A stretch of 63,897 nt of DNA, filler included, from Rozella allomycis CSF55 (lineage: Eukaryota), in NCBI GenBank assembly GCA_000442015.1. It is 5 parts of 5 records of this genome, joined end to end, with 100 filler letters (N's around TTAATTAATTAA, not from the genome) between each part and the next. Parts side by side here need not be neighbours in the genome. Positions count along the whole stretch, not along the records: positions 46,593 to 55,617 come from KE561112.1; positions 55,718 to 62,760 come from KE561118.1; 3 more parts are not named here. One strand, 5' to 3'. Position numbers and translations under genes: made by a program. The notes under the pieces are model-generated. The model did no database searches. It saw only the letters and a list, made by a program, of their open reading frames with translations, and was not told the DNA's origin. Positions 49,801-61,797 of the stretch are shown piece by piece (positions within the stretch are counted from its first letter, which is position 1; every line of letters begins with the position of its first letter).

Positions 49801-50517
49801 ATTTAATACTTTCCCCTTCAGTAGTGTATTTCATAGATTCAACATTTAATCCCTTATTGAATTGAATTTGATGGATTTTCCAGTTAATCTCTGTTCCAAT
49901 ACACTTAATAATGACATGCCCAAAAAAATTGGATAATTCCTACTTTCAATAATACTAAAACTAATCTTAACCACAATACACAATATCACGTCACTGATAT
50001 ATTTTATCATGCCTGTTCTCACCTTGGTATGATTCAAAGTTTCAACCTTTTCCATGTGCTCCTTTTTAATAATTGGAACGTTATGAGCCCTTGCAAAAGA
50101 TTCATCCATAAANTATAATCCTGTTTGGTGGAGCAATAGGTAATACTTTTCCCTTCAGTAGTGTATTTCATAGATTCAACATTAAGTCCCTTATTAAATT
50201 GAATTTGATTGATTTTCCAGTTAATTTTTGGTTCCAATACACTTAATAATGAATTCCCAAAAATAATCGGATGATTCCTACTTTCAATAATACAAAATTA
50301 ATCGGCACCACAATATTATCCAGTCTACACAATATTACGTCACTGATATACTTTATCATGCCTGTTCCCACCTTGGTATGATTTAAAGTTTGAACCTTTT
50401 CCATGTGTTCCTTTTTAATAATTGGCACGTTATAAGCCCTTGCAAAAGATTCACCCATAAATACTGAAGATGTACTTGTGTCCACTATGTTGACATGAAA
50501 ATCCAAAGAATCAAAAT
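46810..50517. mobile_element. Ty3/Gypsy LTR-retrotransposon pol fragments, several degraded copies
   Basis: Degenerate protease VDTSTSSVFM. RT motifs [16 protein letters not shown] and YMDD. RNase H motifs VETDASDFAIGAVL, YEIHDKELLAIV, SDHKNL and RQARW. Stops and frameshifts. Mostly - strand; 47296-47848 is on +. Confidence 0.93.
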
Positions 50518-51959
50518 TTACGAGCTTGAAATCTCAANAAATGCTGGTGACATGCATGAATGTGTCGCCATATTGTCAACTCCAGCTAACCATTTTTGTG
50601 CCAGTCAACAGTAAATTGACCTAATTGTATACACAGCGCCGGCATGAGTAAATAGTAATGCTGGACATTTGGAAATCCATTTTATCAACGTCTGAGAACC
50701 CAATAGTATCAGGGCGGCAATGCCATCGGACATATGTCAACATTTTCAACAGTATGCATTTCAACGGTTTTCATTTCCACAGCAGTCGTTGTCCATGATT
50801 TCAGTTTTAATATATGCCGGTTTCGTATTATCCCTTCTTGGGCCAACCTGATTCTTTGTATATACCAATCCGCAATTTTTTCGACAGAGTGTTGAAACTT
50901 TATTGCTGCCTTCTGGCGCCTTTTTTCTTGTCGTCGCTTTACAATGTCGACACCAACCATGCTTCTCACAATACAATCTTTGATTGGCGGTTATAAATTT
51001 CCAAATTCATCAGTAATATGTCCCACGTTTCTCTTGCGACAACGTGCGCATGAAAGGAATTCACTGTAGACGGATATTAAACGTGTGTTTCCGCAACGTC
51101 ATTGGGATTCCCATTTTGTCAATTTATGCATAATCATCGATAGAAGAAAACACAATATGGGGTCGTTGCTTCCTAAAATGCGTTTCACAAAATTCGGGGC
51201 TTGTGCTTTGTCGGTTGAATTCAAAAAGTCAATTTCATTTTAAACTAACAAGTTCGAACCGAGGACAAAAGTCACTAACCGTGTCGTCTTTTCTATATTC
51301 AACTTTGCACACTTTGCTCAATTTTCTGGTTTTCCAATATGGAGAAACTTAACCATTTCAAAGCAAGCGCGTTTGTGTGAATCAAGTGAGCTAGTAAATT
51401 AAGAGAATCATTCCACATAATTTCCGTCAACTTCTATTCGATTTTCGCTAAACAGCAGTACTTTCCCCAGGACTACGAAATCCCAATGTTATATGAATAA
51501 ATGTGTTTTGCAAAGAAAGAGTTATGGCTTTTTTCAATTCTTAAAAACGACGAAACTTGGCGCCAAAACCAACAATGGCAAAAAAACCTATGCAAGAAAT
51601 GCCCAACGCCTCCAATAGGTATCCATANGGGTAGACATATTTACACCGGGGGTGTGCTTCACCCCTGGCAAAAAGGTCGGGGTAATGAAGAAGTATGATT
51701 GGGGGATGCTGGGCTGCGCCAAAATGTCACATGTCACGTCATATTTTATGTGCATTTGAGAGGCTTAGCTTTTAGTCTAAAAATATCTTTCTACTTAGAA
51801 TATTTCACAAAAATCACATTTGTCGTCAACATTTAAAATCAACATATCGATACACTGTATGTCTGATATTATAAATTTACCATCAAAAAAAATTTATGGC
51901 CTTGTCTACTACTCTTTCTAACTTTTACTTTCTACATACTGTACGTGTGCTTTATTGAC

Positions 51960-52027
51960 TTTAACATGACAGCGCGGCCAATTGTTGACGCAGTTTTAGA
52001 AGGATACAATGGGACTATATTTGCCTA
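51960..52027 (+). pseudogene. Isolated kinesin motor-domain exon fragment (kinesin-2-like)
   Basis: [22 protein letters not shown](Y) followed by a GTAAG donor. The expected GQTGxGKT exon does not follow. Confidence 0.7.
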
Positions 52028-52730
52028 GTAAGCATATAAAGTGGGTAGAACTGTACTGCCACATCTTCCTGCATCAATGACCCTCAGAATTCCAAGTCGG
52101 GAGAACATTCTAAATTTCTTTCATTTAGCTCTAACAAAAATCTATAATCCCAAAATTCAAAAATGTCAAATATCGCAAACGATGCGGAATCAAATTGTCT
52201 ACAAGGAGTTTCTATTCAATCTATAAATTCTCTATCCAACATCAATCTAGGAGCTCACATTAAGTTGCAATTTGACTCTTTATCCTATTTTTTCTAATCA
52301 AAATCATACACAGAGTGGTGTTTCTATTAATCCATCTATTTCTATTAATCAACACAATATTTTGAGTGATGAGGGAGGTGAAAATNCGTATTGGTCGGGG
52401 GCAATAGTCGGTGCCAATAAGGGTGGTCAAGCCACCAAAAAGTGCAAAGCCGCCGTAATAATATGCAAATATTAAATAAATATATAAATCATCCTCTTTG
52501 ACCCCAAATGCCAATGGCCAAATTTGCTGACCCCTTCTTCACTCTTCCCTGATTTCCAAGAAACAAGGAGATATTTCTGTTAAAGCCAATTTTCTTTACC
52601 ATAAATGATAAAACCAATGTATTTCCTCTATGTGACTTCACTTTTCAACTTTTTGATATGTTTGTGACATGGTTACCCTTGCTTGAATTTGATGCGGTGT
52701 ATTATCTATCCCAAAGACGTAGATTTCCTN

Positions 52731-53127
52731 GAAATGACAAAGTTTCTTCTTTACGGCTTTAAAGACAATTCTAACGGCAGGATTTGCGACTCCTGTCTTG
52801 AACAGAATAAGAATTCCTGTGGTCAAGACTTAGAAGAGGGAGAATCGTTAAGGTTTAGAAGAGCCAGAAATATTTTGGCCAGTGGTGAATATCTTGGTGA
52901 TTATGACAGTAAAAATTCTTTTTATTTTAAATAATAGATGAACTTCCAACTGAAAAATTTGCTGTCTTTGCTGTACGTCTTATAGAAGAGAANAAAATGA
53001 TAAAGCTTCTTCTTTACGGCTTTAAAAACAATACTTACGGCAGGATTTGCGACTCTTGTCTTGATCAGAATAAGAATTCGTGCGGACAAAACTTAGAGGA
53101 GGGAGAATCGCTAATGCTTAGAAGAAC
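52731..53127 (+). repeat. Two diverged copies of a Cys-containing coding fragment
   Basis: MTKFLLYGFKDNSNGRICDSC...SCGQDLEEGESL at 52734 and a variant at 52998. 29-nt GT-AG intron at 52909-52937. Confidence 0.55.
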
Positions 53128-53726
53128 NACCCATTTCTTGTAAATGTTTAGAAAAGAATTTGTGCAAAACAGTAACGATTGGTAAATATGATATATGTAA
53201 TCTTTATGAATCATTTGATGGATAATTGTTTCCTTGCTCACTAATTTCGCCTCCTGGAGTTGCTTCTTCGTTCATGATATCGTCATTTAAATTTTGAATA
53301 GCCATTGTCTTACAATAAAGCCACAGCATATTGATTTGAGCATTTCACAATGCCTTTGTTGGGAGCTTGGTATTCAAACTGATTGGACATAGATTCCTGT
53401 ACTGCCACGATAAGAGATAAATACGTTTTATTGGGGAGCGCCTTGGCATTTTTAGCTGGGATGGATGGTTTAGTGACACAGTGTACTGAATCAAATATTT
53501 GCAACATTATGCATCTATTACAGGACAGTGAATATGTGCAATTCCGTAGCGACAGGTTTTTCATTTGTGTCCTTAATTGTGTGATAGTTGCAAAGTACAA
53601 AGATTCAAAAGTTTAGCTGAAAATAAATTTATTACCTTCAATGCTGACAACATTAATGTTGGAACAAGTAAGATGATGAAGCGATTAAGTTGACGTTAAG
53701 TAGTCTAAGTAGTTTCTATTTTTAAN

Positions 53727-55614
53727 TGGAACCCAAATTGAATCATGTCGCATTGGGTTTTTGCCGCAAGTCCTAATAAAGAGAATGCCTGACATTGATG
53801 GAAGAATAGGTGTCGTGACCAACGTACGGGATAAAAGTTCTAACCCGTTTATAAGACAGCAAGCCTATTCAAAATTTGGGATCGCCGAAATAAATTTAAT
53901 AAATTAATTTTTTAAAAAAATAGTAATGTATAAAAATTATTTATTATCGTTCTTACAAATGATTTTTGAAATTTCAGAAATTTGCCAACATTCGATCCAA
54001 TTCGTCCTCATCAAAAGGCTCTTCATTTTGAGCATCCCCCACTATTTCTTCATCACCATTAAATAAATTAACCATTGTTTGTGTCTCCACATTCGTTAAA
54101 CAATACCCTGGCTTGGCAAATGAATTCAAGATCGTAGATTTAGATATTGATAACCACACTTGCTGAAGCCAATTGCAAACTAAAATTCTGTCTGGCTTTA
54201 CTAACGCCATTGGGCGGTTTTCTTCTTTAGCTTTCTTGTATTCTTCGACTGCCCATAAGGTCCACATCTCAGACAATTTTGCCTTTAAGGGTCCATTTAC
54301 TCCTACATCCAAAGGTTGTAGAAAAGATGTGCAATTAGCAGGTAAAATCTCTTTCTGAAGATTTTCTGTTTCTTCACACATTTGATTAAACTTTTCGTTT
54401 TCTTTATGCGGCTTGAAACCATCTAGCAATAAAATGAAAAATTTTGTTGGATTGGCATTTACGTAGGGCAAAATAACCATTTATATTAAAACAAAAACAC
54501 ATTACCTTTTTGTACCATGATTCCACAATGTCTCCGTCAAACCATCCTTTTGCTTGGGTATCGAAAAAAACATCTTGTGGGTAACCAAAGTCTTTTGCAT
54601 TTCGAATCTCATATGCCACCGTATTTGAACCAACTCTATCATTTTCCAAATATCTACGTGCGTTAAAAACACAATACAAAGGCAATTTATCACCATTGTT
54701 GCAAATGGTGCACATTGCTGTCATGCGGTTTTTCATGGATCCCAGCGTTAATGCTCTAGGGTTTTTTTCTCCGCATTTTTCCATAGTATATTTTGGCACA
54801 TTTTCGTAAAAAATTGCTGTTTGATCACTTTCTGAAATTTACAAAATGTGCTTACGCGTTTATAATGACAATATTTTCACTTCTAACACCATTCAGCAGC
54901 TCCAAGTCACTGAGTAAATTATTAAAATAAATTATGTAATTCTGCTTATATTCTTGAGCGTCGACTTGTAAGTTTGGTCTAACGTGACCTGTCACTCTAC
55001 GTCTCACAAAATTGTTTTTTTCAAGTAAACGCCTTAATCTTGACCGAATACATTCGAAGGATTTATCCCTGAATTGCTCCGGGAATTCGCTTCTAACAAT
55101 GTTCACTAAATTTGTCACACCAATAGGAATTAATGAAGATCGTAGCTCTTCAACTACGGCCAGAATCCTGGTGTTCACCTCTTCCGGTAAGCTTGATTTT
55201 CCTCCAGCGTGCAAAGTCTTTTTCACGCGCTTTTTGTCCGATTTTAATAATTCATTTTCAAGTTCTACCCACCTCTTAACGTTCCTTAGGGGTACACTTG
55301 ATAGCAATGTTTTGTCTTCATCACTCCTTAAATGTTGTTCTTTTTTAAAAATATTTATAATTTTTAATTTTTCGTTAAAAGAATAATGTTTTCGGCACTT
55401 TTTTTGAGAAGCCAGCATGTTATTTTTTTACACCGAAATTTGCGAATTTGCATTGTAAATAACTTTTAAAAATATTCTGTAAATTTATTTTTATTTATTT
55501 TCGCGTTTTGGAAGGAGGCAGGGAAAAGTCGTATGCTGCCGTCCAAGCCAACAACCCCTGTAAAACCCTGGTGTTTTGGTACAAAGCCACTGGCTTCCGC
55601 CCTGACCAATACGG
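53727..55614 (-). mobile_element. pogo-like (Tc1/mariner superfamily) DNA transposon; transposase 53974-55418
   Basis: N-terminal HTH plus CENP-B-like HTH. Catalytic NADQT, LLDGF and LQPLDVG. 5' terminus CCGTATTGGTC at 55614 abuts TA. Two tiny introns. Confidence 0.88.
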
Positions 55615-55617
55615 TAA

Positions 55618-55717
55618 NNNNNNNNNNNNNNNNNNNNNNNNNNNNNNNNNNNNNNNNNNNNTTAATTAATTAANNNNNNNNNNNNNNNNNNNNNNNNNNN
55701 NNNNNNNNNNNNNNNNN
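55618..55717. other. Artificial scaffold linker
   Basis: N44-TTAATTAATTAA-N44. Confidence 0.98.
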
Positions 55718-56404
55718 ATATGCCGGATTGTACTGGTTTCAAAAATATCTTGTTAAATATGGCATACGGGGTTTGTGTAATCAAGATTCAAGGGTGATTG
55801 GAAATATTATATGTCGTAATTAGGCCCACCATTACGGCTTTATAAATCTAAATGAGTGAAATAGAAAGAAGCTTAGTTAAGAATAAAACGTAAGTCGTAT
55901 GAGAACGGATTTTCCGTATGTTTATTTATAACATCTCCGAGCCTTTTATCTCGGTTTTATTCTATTAATAGTAATTAAGAGATCCTAAGAGATCCAGCTT
56001 GAGTCAACATCAATGAGTATGAATTCTATGTTGTTTATCACTAATATAACCTCATATTATCGTTATTGGGGTTATGACTTCGATGTTATCGTCAATAACC
56101 ATGATATGATCTATGTGTAGGTTTTGTGTAATTTTAGACTCTATGTATTCACTGGATGCAGGTCATAATTAGCTTAATGACAACTGGTGGTATATTTGGA
56201 CCCTTATTAAGACATTAATGTCCGTATTATCCTGATTTGGTCAGGTATGACATTATAGTTGTTTTGTAAACAAAGTTTTAATTGAATAACAATAGAAACG
56301 AAGTTCTAGTAAAAGTATCAAGAATATTATAAGCTATATTCACTTTTTTTTCAAAAATTTTAGCTTATATTTTTATTTTTTAAATATTTATAAAGGATGA
56401 GGGA

Positions 56405-56532
56405 TCAAAATCACCAAGGAATCGAACCTTGCCTCAACCTGAAAACCCCAGAAAATTCGGAAACATGGATGGGGATCGAACCATGCACCTAGACGTCCGG
56501 AAGCATCATGGTTAGCCACTAGACAGAAATGC
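56405..56532 (-). ncRNA. tRNA-derived Pol III element (SINE-like or tRNA pseudogene)
   Basis: A-box-like TGTCTAGTGG (56516-56525), B-box GGTTCGATCCC (56472-56482) and a second perfect T-arm CAAGG-TTCGATT-CCTTG (56415-56431). No full cloverleaf found. Confidence 0.5.
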
Positions 56533-57195
56533 AAATGTAAAGCCAAGGTGAATATTTCTAAGTTGGTTCATGGCTCTTGAAAAGCCATGGAATTGTGCTA
56601 AGGAGACACTGATCATCAAAAGCAGTAAATTCACACTTCCAGCAGCAAGCACATGTAAAATCAGGACGTTTCTTATCATCAGGAAACAATCTAGAAGGTT
56701 CCAAATCAACTCTAGCACCTACTTCCCCTATTACAGCAGCGGAAACACGAACAATGTCATTGTGTCTTATACGTTCAGCGGGGGCACAGGTGATAGCATG
56801 ATCGCCAATGTTATCGCTATGAAAAGAGCAAACAGGGCAAATAGAACTTTTTTGTTTAAAAACAAATATGATTTACAGGTACAATTGTTATATTTTTCAA
56901 TACATAAATCCAGCCAAAAAGAGCATTTTGTTTCTTGCGGTTGTCATCTCTTCGCTCACATTAATAGATTTAGCACATCCGAAACGCTTTCATACGGCAA
57001 CGCACTCGCAATAACAAAAGGGCCAATGCAGCGTGATGAATTCTATTGTTGAACCGCTAACTACCAGGGCAACTTCGCTGTACTATACAGTTATACCACC
57101 CATTATTAACGGATGTAAACACAATTAATCTGTAATGGAATGTAAACAAAATAAATCTAAATGGGCATTAGTAACTTTATTATATAAACGACTGT

Positions 57196-58093
57196 TTATT
57201 GTTTAAAGGCATTCTTGAGCAAAATGATCATGTCAACCGTCAATGTGCAACAACAACCATAACCATTCAAAAATATTATCTTGTTATTGGCCACGGCCTT
57301 CTTGACAAGATGTGAATTTGAGTAGAGCAGACTATTATCATCGCCACTCTTGTAACCTGGATATATCCAAAGAAGATGCTCACAACCTTCCAATTGTTTT
57401 TCTAACGTTAAAGTCTTCGACATGTTCAGTGTGTTCTTGCACTGTGCTGGTAGCAAACCAAAATTCTGGTCACTTAACTGAGGGCATAGAAAATCGTAAT
57501 GTGCATCCTTGATGTTCTTTTGATGAAATAGAGCGGCAGCAGCAAAATCATTGACATTCATTTCAACTTCATTCAATACAATCTTATTTCCAAGATCAAT
57601 GGCGATATTAATGAAAGTATTGTACTCAAAGTCGTACAGGTCGCTCAGGACAATTCTTTCTTTTGACAGTTTGACCAAATAATACTTGATTGCCAAGGAA
57701 TTGACTACAACATCTTCCCACCAGATTCCAATAGCGTGCAAGCTGGTTGCGGTCTTATTATGTACCCTGCAAGATTGTCTTGTATTCAATCCTCTGGAAT
57801 AGAATCTAATAGAGACTTTGCATCCTTTTGTTACCCCTTGGCTTGCGATGAGCTGTTAAAATGGTCTAATTATTATTGCTAAAAGTCAACAAAGAATAAG
57901 GTTTTTTCAAATCCTGATACACTTCACACATCCTTGGATGCAAGAAATTTTCTGATTGATTCTCTTGGATGGACCATTCTAGCATCTGATCACTCTTTTT
58001 ATGCTTGTAGCTTGGAACAAAGCGACTGGCAGTTCGAGTTGGCTCTTTGAGTGTTTGACTCTCTTTTACACGCGGTATCAAATATCTCCTCAT
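57196..58093 (-). pseudogene. Unidentified, probably disrupted coding sequence
   Basis: Adjacent 197-aa and 75-aa ORFs that I could not join by a canonical intron. Upstream frame has stops. Confidence 0.3.
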
Positions 58094-58402
58094 AAATGCC
58101 TTTGCTTTTATGGCGTCGACTTGGGCTAAAATTCTTTAATCATCATGGTCCATATCTTGAATGTGCAAAAGTTCAATCAGACTGTTATGGTGATCATCAA
58201 GGAAATCATAATTTGGCTAACAGACATAACTCAATTTCCATGTGGCATCTCAAGGTGGGTTAGCAGGACCCTGCATGGATCAAGCACATGGTGGGTTTTT
58301 TTGACCCAATCGGCAATCCATTGACCCATTTGCTGGTTCCGGTGGGTTTCGCATTCCTAGAGTCACTGGCGATGGGTCGCCGGTGGATCTCATTAACTAA
58401 AA

Positions 58403-58737
58403 ATGGCCCATGCAGGATACTGTGGGTTAGCACCGCAAAAAGAAGTGCAAGGGCTGGAATCTCTTAAACCAGCAGATATTTTTATTCCAGTCTTAGAAAA
58501 TAGCCATAATGTTTGTATAGATGTGACCATTGGTTGTACTTATGTTGAACACGTCTTCAATAAAACTGTGGAAGAAGGAGCTGCGGCGCTCATGAGGTCT
58601 CGCGATTGAAAAATGAAGAAATACTTTGACAAATGTGGGGCCAAAGGTTTGATATTTTTCCCTTTCTGTATGGAATCAACTGGAGGAATGGACGTAGATT
58701 CTTTGGCTCTCCTTAAAAGTATCGCGCATGCCATATT
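58403..58737 (+). mobile_element. Non-LTR retrotransposon restriction-like endonuclease fragment (CRE/R2-type)
   Basis: KPADIFIP...CIDVTI...*KMKKY...FFPFCMESTGG, with an in-frame TGA at 58607-58609. Confidence 0.75.
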
Positions 58738-58770
58738 AATATTATATTTAAGAAACCATTTATTTTTTAT

Positions 58771-61437
58771 TTAAATCTCGTCACCTAAAAACTCACCAAA
58801 ACGCCAAATGTTAATCCTTGCAGATTTGGCTACTTGTTGAGCAGCTTCTAGGTCTTTAACAAATGATTCATCTTCGTTTTCTGCATTGATTCTAGATGGA
58901 AGATAAGCCAAGCCATTTTTAACCAGAGAAACATTTAAAGATTTTGAATTTGAAAGAATATTTGCATGAATGAATCCATTTTCTTGAAATAGAATATCGC
59001 ACGTTAGTTCTTTATTATCACTGAATTGTTGAATGAAATTGATGGATTCATTAACATAATCTTGATCTAAAGGTGGAAGAACAAAGGCTAATTTAATTTC
59101 TTTTGCTTGAAAGGGAAGACTCTTAAATTTATCCGGAATTGGTCTCAAGTTTTCCAAACTCGTGGTTTCAGAATTTCCAAAATCAATATACAGAATTTGG
59201 AATTTTCCATTTACGATTTTCTTTATTTGAGCTCGATACCTTTTTATTAATAAGCATATTGATTACCATTGATTATCTTGAGAAAATTTAGCAGAAACCA
59301 ATTGATTTACTTTCAAGGATCCAGTAAAAGATTCTACAGAATTGTTATGGAATTTTCTAAATTCATTCATTTGAACTTCAAACTCTTCTAATTCAGGGGT
59401 TATTGCTTGACAATAAATCGTGTTTGTATCAACAACTTCTGTTATTAAAACAGATAATCTTTTCCTGTAAACTTTTTCAACAATTGGTTCTGTTTCAATT
59501 GACCAAATGTTTAATTTATTTCTCTTAGCTTCTTCTTCTGCCCCGATCATTTGGGATGTGGCGTTGTGATCATAGCACGTGGCTAACCCTTGTCTTAACA
59601 AAACAAGGGCGACGTATTCATCGTTTCTTTTCATTGAACCAACAAAAGCACCATTTTTATCAATTGAATCTAAAGTTATTGTGACTTCTCTTTGTAAATA
59701 ATGATTATTGACGTAATGTAACGCTTCTTTACCAAATGGTTGTTCTAATCTTGGAGTTTTTAGAGATGCGATTATGAAAGTTAATCTTAAATTTTCTTTT
59801 GGAATTAAAATTCTAAATTTAGAACCCGAAATGCAATGTTCAACAATTCCAGTTGTAGACCCTTGTCTCTTAAACATTGAAAGAAGAGTTCTCGCTTTAG
59901 ATGAATTTGTTGAAGCTTCAACTATTCTTAAAGATGGTAACTCGCCTTCCTTGTGAACTCCAATCGCTGCCTTAATTGCTCTTTTATTTAAATCTATGAA
60001 ATTCTCTTACTTTTCTTGTGCTAAAACCAAGTCATCGTAAAAGGAAGAACGCTCTTGATCTTCATGAGAATGACGTTGTAAATATCCAAGTCCTTTTTCT
60101 AATAGAAGCGCATTAACATTCCTTCTTTTATTACAACAAAATAATTTACTTTTCATGAATAAAAACAGTTCCAAAAACTCTTTCTTCATCATTGACTTTC
60201 TTTTTATAATCTCTGTGGATTTTAACTTGTTTTCCTATCAATGTTCTTCGAAGAAATTCTTTCGCTTGAAAGTTATATCCAATTTCAATTTGGGAATCCA
60301 TCATTGTTTCTTTTTGAAATCTTTTAATTAAATTCAATTCAATTTACTTTGGCTGTCTAACAGAAGACAAATAGATCTTTTCTTCCTTTTCTCCATCAGA
60401 AACAACAAAACTTTCCCCTGTCAAAATTTTAACAACTTTGAACTGAGCTGCTTTGCTTTTATTATTTTGAAAAATAACATCCTTCCAAACATTCAATCTT
60501 TTTTGCTTTGCATACCTTTTATTTCTTAACCCTAACTCTTTTACATTTCAGCTTGTCGTAGATAATCTGGTCCTTGTGAGACTTGCATTAAAGTTCTATC
60601 ATTGCAATACGCTAATCCCTCCTTTAACAAAAATATTCTAATATCCCCAACTGGGTGATTAATAGACCCAAGCACTGAATACTTGGAATACCCGTCAATC
60701 GTCACTCCAACTTGTCTCTGGAATAATCTACTCTCAGTAAAATTCTTTGCTTCATTAGCAAAAGGCTCGCTTTCTGCCTCCTTTTTAACCATCGGGCATT
60801 TAACCCCTGTCAAAGTCAATGGAATGGAAATGAATTGCGGCACCAATAAAACTCTAAACGAACATCCATCCTTTACATATTCAATTATTCCTATTTAAAC
60901 ACACATCCAAATGATTACCAGAAAAGCTCTTTCCATTGTTTTTCTCATTAAATTCTTTCACTTGTTCATCACTCTCCACATAATTTATATCAATCGCATT
61001 CTATATCCACAATCTACACTCCTTACTGGATTCGACCAAAGCCCCTTCAATTGTTTCTTTGCCTCTTCTTCCATTTCAACCAATTCTTCACCATGCTTCA
61101 CACCCTCCTTCAACTTTACATATCCCTNACCACATTCTACCTGTCTCAAAGCCTCTCCTATAATGCTCTGCCCCTTGTTCTTCACATCAACATACTCGCG
61201 ATTCACACCGCTTCCCTGTACCTCAATCTCAAACACCTTGCCAAGAAGGTTTCTTCGCAAAAACTCTCGACTCTCAAACGCATATCCCTACTTGTAAATT
61301 TGTCTCGCTTATACCTGGAATTGCGTTTTCGTCATTTTAGGGGCTTGCACATTCGCAAGTGAGACCGTCTTGTCAACACCTTGCATGTGGACCACGAGAG
61401 AGTCGCCGGATAATACTTGTTTCACTAAAGCTTGCAT
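58771..61437 (-). CDS. SND1: Tudor staphylococcal nuclease
   Basis: VKQVLSGDS start, repeated SNase domains (AFESREFLRR, EPFANEAKNFTESRLFQRQV), Tudor DNQWYRA...YIDFGNSE and terminal IWRFGEF. Confidence 0.93.
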
Positions 61438-61502
61438 TGAATTTAGAAATTTCTGGGTGACGTGTCATACTGATGCAAATTTCTAGGTGATTGAAATTAT
61501 GA

Positions 61503-61784
61503 NNNNNNNNNNNNNNNNNNNNNNNNNNNNNNNNNNNNNNNNNNNNNNNNNNNNNNNNNNNNNNNNNNNNNNNNNNNNNNNNNNNNNNNNNNNNNNNNNN
61601 NNNNNNNNNNNNNNNNNNNNNNNNNNNNNNNNNNNNNNNNNNNNNNNNNNNNNNNNNNNNNNNNNNNNNNNNNNNNNNNNNNNNNNNNNNNNNNNNNNNN
61701 NNNNNNNNNNNNNNNNNNNNNNNNNNNNNNNNNNNNNNNNNNNNNNNNNNNNNNNNNNNNNNNNNNNNNNNNNNNNNNNNNNNN
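61503..61784. other. Assembly gap
   Basis: Run of N. Confidence 0.98.
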
Positions 61785-61797
61785 CATTTCATTCTAG

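Noticed and set aside
50519-51627. Cys/His-rich frames (YCEKHGWCRHC) suggestive of a gag zinc knuckle
   Set aside because: Broken by stops, and the spacing is not a clear CCHC; too weak to call.
56570-57052. 160-aa ORF on + strand
   Set aside because: No motif, atypical composition and located in degraded repeat sequence; likely spurious.
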